64,000 nt of DNA, taken from positions 26,489 through 90,488 of the forward strand of contig JABJJN010000011.1 of the NCBI GenBank assembly GCA_018660835.1, in the 5' to 3' direction. This document shows positions 9,897 through 17,302 of the stretch, in pieces. The position numbers and the translations under genes were made by a program. The DNA is from Gemmatimonadota bacterium. Lineage in GTDB: Bacteria; Latescibacterota; UBA2968; UBA8231. The notes below the pieces were generated by a model. That model was not told the origin of the DNA and ran no database searches. It worked only from the letters and a program-made list of their open reading frames with translations. How positions within the stretch are numbered: the stretch's first letter is position 1; each line of letters starts with the position of its first letter.

Positions 9897-10732
9897 TGGC
9901 CGACGACGGATCGAGTTCAACGCGTCGTGTGCCATGCCTGCAATGTGGCGGACACGGTGTCATTTACAATTCGCAGATCGAAGTCGGGCGTTTTGGGCAC
10001 ATCGAAATCTGCCCCTGCATAGATTGCCAGTGTGGAGGGCGTCCGCCTCATATGTACTGGGATGAGCAATCCCAACGGCGTTGGTGTGATTGCGCGACGC
10101 CACGCCGCCGCCTCACTCACATCAAAGAGCTGTTCAAACTGGCTGAGGTGCCAACCCGCTTTCGCTACAAGCTTCGAGACGATTTCGATACCTCCGCTCC
10201 AGATGGGACATCCCTGGCCGTCGCCTCCCGCGTGAGTCCTATCCTGCAGTATCTGACCGCCCTCGTAGACGATGACCGTGACCCGCCTCGTGGCTACCTC
10301 TTGCATGGGCCACCAGGGACGGGGAAAACACTTCTCAGCTGTATTATCCTGAACGAATTGCTCTTGCACAGAGCCCGCCCAGGACGCCTTATCAGCTTGT
10401 CCCGAAAATTTTTCCAGCAGATACGTGACACCTACTCGCAGGAAAGTGAGCAATACGGACGGAGCTACCAGATTCTCGATGAGCTGTGCAAGATTCCGTA
10501 TCTCGTCCTCGACGACTTTGGGGTTCAGCGGGGCACGGATTGGGAGACGGAAATGCTCTATGATCTGATCGATGCACGCTACGGCGAGGAAAACTTCACT
10601 GTGGTGACAACGAATCAGTCGATGCAGGAAATCGAGGCCATATCGGATGGGAGAGTGCTATCGCGGTTGGTGGAGATGTGCTATGTCGTGCCGATGGACG
10701 GCCAGGACTACCGCCAATTCATGATCAGTTGA
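9896..10732 (+). CDS. DnaC/IstB-like AAA+ ATPase with Cys-rich N-terminus (probable helicase loader)
   Basis: GPPGTGKT, LVLDDFG, TTN, GRVLSRLVEMC; CxxC...CxCxxCxC...CxC N-terminus; start overlaps the smpB stop. Confidence 0.8.
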   Translation: MADDGSSSTRRVPCLQCGGHGVIYNSQIEVGRFGHIEICPCIDCQCGGRPPHMYWDEQSQRRWCDCATPRRRLTHIKELFKLAEVPTRFRYKLRDDFDTSAPDGTSLAVASRVSPILQYLTALVDDDRDPPRGYLLHGPPGTGKTLLSCIILNELLLHRARPGRLISLSRKFFQQIRDTYSQESEQYGRSYQILDELCKIPYLVLDDFGVQRGTDWETEMLYDLIDARYGEENFTVVTTNQSMQEIEAISDGRVLSRLVEMCYVVPMDGQDYRQFMIS

Positions 10733-10745
10733 AGGGGAGCAAGGG

Positions 10746-11477
10746 ATGTCAGTAGAAAAGGACCGTGCGGACGGACGAAAAGTGGACCAGCTACGTCCCG
10801 TCCAAATCGAAACAGGCGCTATCAGCACTGCGCCTGGTTCGGCACTGATCCGCATGGGGGAGACACACGTGATATGCACCGTGTCAGTGGAAGATCGAGT
10901 GCCCCCTTTTCTTGCCGGCACTGGCAAGGGCTGGTTGACGGCTGAATATGGGATGCTCCCAGGATCGTCTCCGCGTCGCGTCTCCCGTGAAAGCTCGGCA
11001 AGCAAGCCCAATGGCCGCACACGCGAGATTCAGCGACTTATCGGTCGCAGCCTGCGCGCGTCTGTTGATCTGCAGCGTGTCGGTGAGCGCACCCTGTACA
11101 TCGATTGCGACGTCATCCAGGCCGATGGTGGGACACGAACGGCCGCCATTACTGGGGCGTATGTCGCTCTCCAGTTAGCCTGCCGACAGTTGCTGGCAGA
11201 GGGAAAACTCGCAGCATCTCCCTTGATCGAGCAGCCCTTGGCGGCAGTCAGTGTCGGTATCGTCCAAGGTGTGGAAATGCTGGATCTATGCTATACAGAG
11301 GATTCTTCAGCAGATACGGATATGAATGTTGTGATGTTGGCAGGGGGGGGCTTGATCGAAGTCCAGGCAACTGCAGAAGCGGCCCCCTTTGATCGACGCC
11401 AGACGGATCGACTCCTGGACCTCGCCCAAGGGGGAATCGAGTCTCTCCACGATGCTCAGCGTGATGCACTTGCGTAG
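10746..11477 (+). CDS. rph: Ribonuclease PH
   Basis: GWLTAEYGMLP, GRTREIQRLIGRSLR, DCDVIQADGGTRTAAITG, DTDMNVV. Confidence 0.97.
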   Translation: MSVEKDRADGRKVDQLRPVQIETGAISTAPGSALIRMGETHVICTVSVEDRVPPFLAGTGKGWLTAEYGMLPGSSPRRVSRESSASKPNGRTREIQRLIGRSLRASVDLQRVGERTLYIDCDVIQADGGTRTAAITGAYVALQLACRQLLAEGKLAASPLIEQPLAAVSVGIVQGVEMLDLCYTEDSSADTDMNVVMLAGGGLIEVQATAEAAPFDRRQTDRLLDLAQGGIESLHDAQRDALA

Positions 11478-11532
11478 AGGTAAGTGGCTGGTTTCCTTTC
11501 GGTTATAGACAATGTGGAGGGTGGTCTGAGCC

Positions 11533-11562
11533 TTGACAGGTCAGCGCGACCACGCATATGTT
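11533..11562 (+). promoter_or_regulatory. Putative sigma70 promoter of the sigma factor gene
   Basis: TTGACA-18-TATGTT. Confidence 0.5.
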
Positions 11563-11643
11563 TGACCACCCTGCAGTGGTGCATAAGCCCGGCGGCTGGG
11601 TGCATTGAAGACCCCGCAGCCACTGAAGAAGAGGCGAAAGCAG

Positions 11644-12507
11644 ATGGCAGACGCCCAAGCCAAAGCTTCCTTCTGGGACATGGATGACTCCCTTGGTTCC
11701 TACCTGGGTGAGATCGCCAGTTCAAAACCCTTGTCCTCCGCTCAGGAAGTCGAACTTGCGCAGCGGATCAAACAGGGCGACGAAGATGCTCGAAACAAAC
11801 TAGTCGAGGCCAATCTTCGCTTCGTCGTCAGCGTGGGGAAGGAATATCAGAATCGCGGCGTTCCTCTTGCCGACTTGATCAGTGCCGGCAATGTGGGACT
11901 GATTACGGCTGCCGAGCGCTTCGACGAGAATCGCGGCTTCAAATTTATCTCCTATGCCGTGTGGTGGATTCGCCAGGCCATCCTGCAAACCCTGGCAGAG
12001 CAATCCAGAACTGTCAGATTGCCGCTGAACAAAGTGGGCCTGCTCTACAAGATCTCGAAGGCATCCCGGCGACTGCGTCAACAACGAGCCGATGATCCAC
12101 CGCCAGAAGAGATCGCCGCGGCCCTGGAAGTGTCTGTGGAAGAAGTGAAAGAGACGATGCTCTGCGGTCGTTCTGTTCGCTCTTTAGATGCAACGTTTCG
12201 TGATGAAGAAGACCATTCTCTTCTGGATGTCTTGCCTGACGATCGACAGGAGTCGGCAGAGATCACAGTGATGAAGGGATGCTTGCGAGGACAGATCGAT
12301 ACAGTTCTTGAAGATCTGGTCAGTCGCGAAGCGGAAATTCTGAAATTGTATTTCGGTTTGGACGGTGAAGAGCCGATGACGCTGGACCAGATCGGAAGTC
12401 GCTACGGTTTGACCCGTGAGCGGGTTCGACAGATCAAGGAGAAGGCCCTGCATCGTCTGCGGCATCCCAGCCGTTGCGATCAGCTGCGCACCTACAGTCG
12501 GGCCTAG
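11644..12507 (+). CDS. RNA polymerase sigma factor, RpoD/SigA family (lacks region 1.1)
   Basis: LVEANLRFVVSV, GFKFISYAVWWIRQAI, region 4 MTLDQIG...LTRERVRQIKEKAL; ATG 11644 preferred over TTG 11605. Confidence 0.93.
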   Translation: MADAQAKASFWDMDDSLGSYLGEIASSKPLSSAQEVELAQRIKQGDEDARNKLVEANLRFVVSVGKEYQNRGVPLADLISAGNVGLITAAERFDENRGFKFISYAVWWIRQAILQTLAEQSRTVRLPLNKVGLLYKISKASRRLRQQRADDPPPEEIAAALEVSVEEVKETMLCGRSVRSLDATFRDEEDHSLLDVLPDDRQESAEITVMKGCLRGQIDTVLEDLVSREAEILKLYFGLDGEEPMTLDQIGSRYGLTRERVRQIKEKALHRLRHPSRCDQLRTYSRA

Positions 12508-12519
12508 TACCAAGTAGTC

Positions 12520-12711
12520 AGACCTTTAGTGGTGTTTGCCGTATACGCCGTCCCCGGCGTTTGATGATTCACCCACTGACCCCATCAGTGGCTAAAGCAG
12601 TCTCTCCCTATGTGGTCGTCTTTGACGACTGCTACGTCATACGATGGTCGCACCAATGGTGTGGCTATGTGTTTCGACGCGTCGGTAACCCTTTGCGGTT
12701 GCTCGACGTGT
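12520..12711 (+). ncRNA. Candidate structured RNA (multi-hairpin), family unknown
   Basis: Five stem-loops plus an enclosing stem; several G.U pairs that form only on the + strand. Confidence 0.4.
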
Positions 12712-12742
12712 AACCAACTACCGTAACGAGGGGAAGTCGACT

Positions 12743-12889
12743 GTGTCTGCCCAAGCTGTGGAGGAGGAGTTGCTACGCTCGATCGAGGAGGTGGAAGACC
12801 GAATCAACGTTTTCCGCAAGCGTGTACGTGCTGTGTTGGCATCTGCGCAGAGCGATGGCACCGAAGAGGGTGGTGAGGACCTAGGCTAA
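12743..12889 (+). CDS. Small hypothetical protein (48 aa; absent from the ORF track)
   Basis: GTG start with SD GAGGGG; MSAQAVEEELLRSIEEVEDRINVFRKRVRAVLASAQSDGTEEGGEDLG; followed by a terminator. Confidence 0.65.
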   Translation: MSAQAVEEELLRSIEEVEDRINVFRKRVRAVLASAQSDGTEEGGEDLG

Positions 12890-12934
12890 GCAACCTTTCG
12901 GATGGGTCGCGTGCTATGACCTACATAAATGTTC

Positions 12935-12970
12935 AGAGGGGTGACGCGACTTGTGTCACCCCTCTTTTTT
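12935..12970 (+). terminator. Rho-independent terminator
   Basis: agaggggtgacgc-gactt-gtgtcacccctct followed by a T tract. Confidence 0.85.
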
Positions 12971-13098
12971 GCACCTATCTCGATATCACGTTTGAATCTG
13001 CATGTCACGACTGCTACCTTTCTAGGCCTGCCCGAAGGGTGTAATTCTACCTTTCTCATCTACCGTTCTCATTCTCCTCTCCGTGGTTCAGAGTTCCC

Positions 13099-14862
13099 AT
13101 GCTCAGCGATGAAGAACTGGTCCAGATCTGTCGGAAGTACACGATCCCGTGCCCTGTTTGTGGAGCGGAGAACGAGTACCATCGGCTGAAGCGTGATATG
13201 GCCCAAGCAGCGAAAATAGAGGGAGACGGCCATCCTCTCAGCTACAAGTGGAAGGCCGTCGGGTTTGACTCGGTCGATCCTCTAAAATTTTTCATGGGTG
13301 CCTGCAGCACCTGTGGGTTCACGGGTGAACTCGACGACGCTGACTATCGCCAGGCCGGCAAGTCGCCGGATCTGTATCGACGAGACTTCGGCGAGCCCGC
13401 GATTCAGGCATACAAAGATGGCGCGTCAACTGGCAAGGGAGCCGCCCAGTCTCTACTGAAGCGTCTGGCAGATTCCGACGAGCTGTTGAAAACGCTGGCT
13501 GAGCTCCATCTGGGGATTCTCGCTCAGTGTTCACGCAGTAAACTCGCAGCGGGTCCCATTGCGCGATACTACCTGCGCATTGCCTGGTCTTATCGAGACC
13601 GTGAGAAATTCTACCCAGAAGCCGACGCTGAGCAGATAGCGGCGAGTCTGCGTAAATGCAGGAAGGGTTTCAAGCGAGACATTCCAGCGCACGATGACTA
13701 TCCGGCGGAGCCCACCGTCGTGAGTGATGAGATCGAAGCGCTGCAGCTGAGTCGCACCTACTTCGAACGCAATTACGAGCTGCTGAAGGAGGCCAAAGCA
13801 GAGGATGAGCTTCGACTTCGGCTGCTACTGGCTGAGATCGGCTTCCGCCTGTACGAGCTCACGAGCAACGAGATCGACTATAAGAAGGCGTCAACCTTCT
13901 TCAGTGGGACGATTCAACAGTGCCTGAGTATCATTTCTGACAAGAGTATTGTTGGTGGCGCTGTGAATCGCGCCAAAGAAATGCTTGAAAAAGCAGGAGA
14001 ACGTGGCCGTGAGCTACGCGCCCTGCATAACGAGCGTGGTGGCGACGATGGCGACGATGCCGCAACTGAGAATGGTGATTCGGCGCCTGCCAAGTCTGCC
14101 AAAGGTGCGGCGAAGCCGAAGAAGAAGGCTCCCAAGGCGGAGAAGACCACGAGCAATGGCAAAGATGCCAAGCCTAAGGTCAAACGGGCCGAAACCAAGC
14201 CAGCTCAACAGGCGCCTGAAGATGATCGTAGTGTGTCCGAGCGTGATAAGGCGACCAGGCAGATCAGTGTCCTGACCGAACAGGTCACGGATTTGAAACA
14301 ACGCCTCGAGGATCTGGAGACGGACAATACCAAATGGCGGCAATTGATTGGTCGTGACGCACTCACTGGCCTGCCGAATCGAGTCGCCCTGCTCAGTATC
14401 CAGATGCCTAAGATCATCAAAGCCTTCCCCGATGGCGGGCCATTTACGTGTATTGCCATTGGTCTTGATCAGGTGGCAAAGGTAAACCTCGAACATGGTT
14501 GGATGATGGGTGATCGCATGCTCAAGGCCTCTGCAAAAGGGCTACGGAAATTCTGCGGCGAGGGGGAAGAACTCTACAGGATGGATGGGGCAACCTTCGT
14601 CCTCACCGGTCGCATGGACGGCAATGCCGCCCGCCAGCGTATCAGTGAGATGCGCCGTGCCTTGGGTGGCAGCAGTGTGCGAGTCGAAGAGACGGCAATG
14701 CCCATGTCTTCAAGTCTGGGAGCTGTCACTGTCGAACAGAAGATCACTTCCTCCGACAAAGATGTGATGAATGCTGTCTACGCTGCCTTGTTACGCACCC
14801 TCTATCGGGCCAAGGAAAAAGGCGGCAACACGGCGGAGATCCACAATATCACGCGTTTTTGA
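13099..14862 (+). CDS. DUF2225-like Zn-ribbon/TPR-like protein fused to a degenerate GGDEF domain
   Basis: CPVC...CSTCGF N-terminus, YYLRIAWSYR helix, Lys/Ala-rich linker, coiled coil, DALTGLPNR...RMDGATF...LYRAKEKGGN. Confidence 0.75.
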   Translation: MLSDEELVQICRKYTIPCPVCGAENEYHRLKRDMAQAAKIEGDGHPLSYKWKAVGFDSVDPLKFFMGACSTCGFTGELDDADYRQAGKSPDLYRRDFGEPAIQAYKDGASTGKGAAQSLLKRLADSDELLKTLAELHLGILAQCSRSKLAAGPIARYYLRIAWSYRDREKFYPEADAEQIAASLRKCRKGFKRDIPAHDDYPAEPTVVSDEIEALQLSRTYFERNYELLKEAKAEDELRLRLLLAEIGFRLYELTSNEIDYKKASTFFSGTIQQCLSIISDKSIVGGAVNRAKEMLEKAGERGRELRALHNERGGDDGDDAATENGDSAPAKSAKGAAKPKKKAPKAEKTTSNGKDAKPKVKRAETKPAQQAPEDDRSVSERDKATRQISVLTEQVTDLKQRLEDLETDNTKWRQLIGRDALTGLPNRVALLSIQMPKIIKAFPDGGPFTCIAIGLDQVAKVNLEHGWMMGDRMLKASAKGLRKFCGEGEELYRMDGATFVLTGRMDGNAARQRISEMRRALGGSSVRVEETAMPMSSSLGAVTVEQKITSSDKDVMNAVYAALLRTLYRAKEKGGNTAEIHNITRF

Positions 14863-14893
14863 GATTCACTTTTAGAGCGAGGAACAACTATAC

Positions 14894-15730
14894 ATGCAGA
14901 TCTGGCCAACCGGCATCTTCGCCTCGATTGACGGTGGTCTGGGGGCAGGGATTGAGTCGGTACAGAAACTGGGCGTACCAACCGTACAGTTGTCGGCTCC
15001 GTCTGCTGCCTTGCGAACAGCGGAAGACTGTGCCCAAATCAAGGCCGAGTTCGCTGCTGCTGGCATTCAGATCAGTGTGGTCTTCATCGGCTTTCCGGAA
15101 GACGACTATCAGACCGTAGAGCATGTCGTGCAGACCGTGGGACTCGTCCCCGAAGGCACGCGTGAGGCGCGGTTGAAGGAAACCCTCGAGATCGCCGACT
15201 TTGCAGCTGCCCTGGGAGTGGATGCCATTGGCATGCACCTGGGTTTCGTACCGGGGGAGCCGCAGGACGCAGCTTTCCAGCAACTGGTTGAGGTCACACG
15301 CGCCGTGTGCGATCACTGCCGGAATCAGGGACAGTTCTTTCATCTCGAGACGGGGCAGGAGACGGCGGACGAACTGCTGACATTTATTGAAGCCGTTGGT
15401 CGTGATGAGCTAAAGGTCAATTTCGACCCTGCCAATATGATTCTCTATGGTGCGGGCGATCCTCTTGAGGCACTCGACAGAGTAGGCGCCCATGTTCGAA
15501 GCGTGCACTGCAAAGATGCCAGTGAAACGAGGCGTGCAGACCAACCTTGGTATGAGGATGCACCTTTGGGTACGGGTGATGTGAACATTGAGGCTTTCCT
15601 CAGAAAACTCAACGACCTCGGATACGAGGGCCCCCTCACCATCGAACGAGAGTACTCCCCAGATCAGGCGGGTGACATTGCTTCGGCCCTGAAACTTCTG
15701 GAAGGCTTGCGGGCGAAGATTCTCGGTTGA
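14894..15730 (+). CDS. Sugar phosphate isomerase/epimerase (xylose isomerase-like TIM barrel)
   Basis: HLETGQE, VNFDPANMILYG, SVHCKD, PLGTGDVN, GYEGPLTIERE. Confidence 0.9.
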   Translation: MQIWPTGIFASIDGGLGAGIESVQKLGVPTVQLSAPSAALRTAEDCAQIKAEFAAAGIQISVVFIGFPEDDYQTVEHVVQTVGLVPEGTREARLKETLEIADFAAALGVDAIGMHLGFVPGEPQDAAFQQLVEVTRAVCDHCRNQGQFFHLETGQETADELLTFIEAVGRDELKVNFDPANMILYGAGDPLEALDRVGAHVRSVHCKDASETRRADQPWYEDAPLGTGDVNIEAFLRKLNDLGYEGPLTIEREYSPDQAGDIASALKLLEGLRAKILG

Positions 15731-15757
15731 GTCATCTGTCACCCATGGTGAATCGCC

Positions 15758-16651
15758 ATTCCCGCCGCTGACGAACAGGCCCATGCCGTTTGGGAGCGAT
15801 TCGGTAGAATCGCTGGCCGGACTGTCAGATCCGCCTACGACCATGATATCGGCGATGCTGCAGCGGCGATGGCATTCGACTTCGTCTTTGCCGTGTTCCC
15901 AGGGATTCTCGTACTCACTGCGTTGTTCGGTGTTTTTGACGTTCCAGTAGAGGCCTTTACGACGTTGCTCCATGATATGGGCGTTGTCGTACCTGAACCA
16001 TTGATAGGCGTTGTCGAAACAAACCTGCAGCATGCAAGCAACTCGTCACAGAGCTTGTTATTTGTAGGGATTCTTGGTGTGCTCTGGCCTGCTTCGGCGA
16101 GTCTGTCTACGACGATGGCCGCACTGAACCGCGCCTACGGGACCAAGGAAAGACGTACGATCTTTCTGCGGCGGTCTCTGTCGGTCATTCTCATCGTTGG
16201 TTTCGGTCTCGCCCTCGTCGTCCTGTTCAACCTGAGCGTGTTCTCGGCTCAGTTTGACCGCTGGTTGGCCAGCCATTGGGCCCTGTCGCTGGAGCTGCCG
16301 TCGCTGAGCTCTCTTGTACGACACACTGCAGGGGTCACGGGGACCTTGGTTGTGGCGGCCACCGTGTATCGAATCGCACCTGATACACCACTGCGATGGC
16401 TTGACGTGCTCCCCGGCAGCCTCCTGTTTCTGGTCTTGTGGACGCTGATTGCCGGGGGTTTTGGGTTCTACGTTAAATTCTTCGGCTACTACAGCGTCGT
16501 CTATGGAGTTCTTTGGGGTGTTATAGTCCTGCTGTTGTCGGCCTATCTTGTCGCGTTTTTTTTGTTGTTGGGCGGCGAACTCAATGGCACACTTTATCGA
16601 CGGCGGCAGGCTAGTTTTCTTGAGAGAACCGATAAACCAGACCCTTCCTGA
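15758..16651 (+). CDS. YihY/virulence factor BrkB family membrane protein (start uncertain: ATT 15758 or ATG 15869)
   Basis: AAAMAFDFVFAVFP, LWPASASLSTTMAALNRAY, YSVVYGVLWGVIVLL, LLGGELN. Confidence 0.85.
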   Translation: MPAADEQAHAVWERFGRIAGRTVRSAYDHDIGDAAAAMAFDFVFAVFPGILVLTALFGVFDVPVEAFTTLLHDMGVVVPEPLIGVVETNLQHASNSSQSLLFVGILGVLWPASASLSTTMAALNRAYGTKERRTIFLRRSLSVILIVGFGLALVVLFNLSVFSAQFDRWLASHWALSLELPSLSSLVRHTAGVTGTLVVAATVYRIAPDTPLRWLDVLPGSLLFLVLWTLIAGGFGFYVKFFGYYSVVYGVLWGVIVLLLSAYLVAFFLLLGGELNGTLYRRRQASFLERTDKPDPS

Positions 16652-16703
16652 CCGCGGTAGATCGTCGCGGTCGGATCTCGATCCGACATTGGAGGAGACG
16701 AAC

Positions 16704-17180
16704 GTGAACAGACACACGATGAGAATGATGGTCTTGTGGTGTATGGTGGGTTTGGGAGGAATTGCCGTGTTTGGATGCGGCGAACGAGTCGACGAATTGG
16801 GCCCGTATGTAGAAGCCTATCGTGCCATGGATCCCTATCACGAACAGTTGCTGCAGATGGAAGTCGCCCTCAAGGCCGACCAGGTCGCTTTGGCTGCCGG
16901 TACTAGCGATGTGATCAAAGCGTATCTGGCAGACTTGACCACAATCCAATTAGGCAAAGACAAGCGGCTCATCGCTGGCCACAACAAGGTCAAACGGACC
17001 CTCGAGCACGCCCTCAAGAAGATCGTTCAGCCCGATTTCCCTACATTCCCGATCAGCGCTCTCAAGCAGATTCAAGCGATCCGGGGTGTTGTGATTATCC
17101 ATATCAATACGCTGGGGAAGCGTTGGGCAGAAGAGGAACGAGTCGCTGAGTTTCCTCTAACCTGGCCGGGCGACGAGTAA
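16704..17180 (+). CDS. Putative lipoprotein, hypothetical
   Basis: SD GGAGGAG plus GTG at 16704; hydrophobic signal ending in the lipobox-like VFGC. Confidence 0.7.
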   Translation: MNRHTMRMMVLWCMVGLGGIAVFGCGERVDELGPYVEAYRAMDPYHEQLLQMEVALKADQVALAAGTSDVIKAYLADLTTIQLGKDKRLIAGHNKVKRTLEHALKKIVQPDFPTFPISALKQIQAIRGVVIIHINTLGKRWAEEERVAEFPLTWPGDE

Positions 17181-17219
17181 CACAGACCTGCAAAAACTGC
17201 CCGTACCAGGGCAGATGAA

Positions 17220-17266
17220 GAGACGGGCAGCCCGGCATCTAATGTGCCGGCCTGCCCGTCTCATTT
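17220..17266 (+). terminator. Hairpin/terminator
   Basis: gagacgggcag-cccggcat-ctaa-tgtgccggc-ctgcccgtctc, short T tail. Confidence 0.6.
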
Positions 17267-17302
17267 CTACTCCTCAAGTGAAAGCACGGCCGTTCAAACA
17301 AG

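Noticed and set aside
9896-10732. IS21 element suggested by the IstB-like ATPase
   Set aside because: No IstA transposase or terminal inverted repeats; the gene is coupled to smpB and rph
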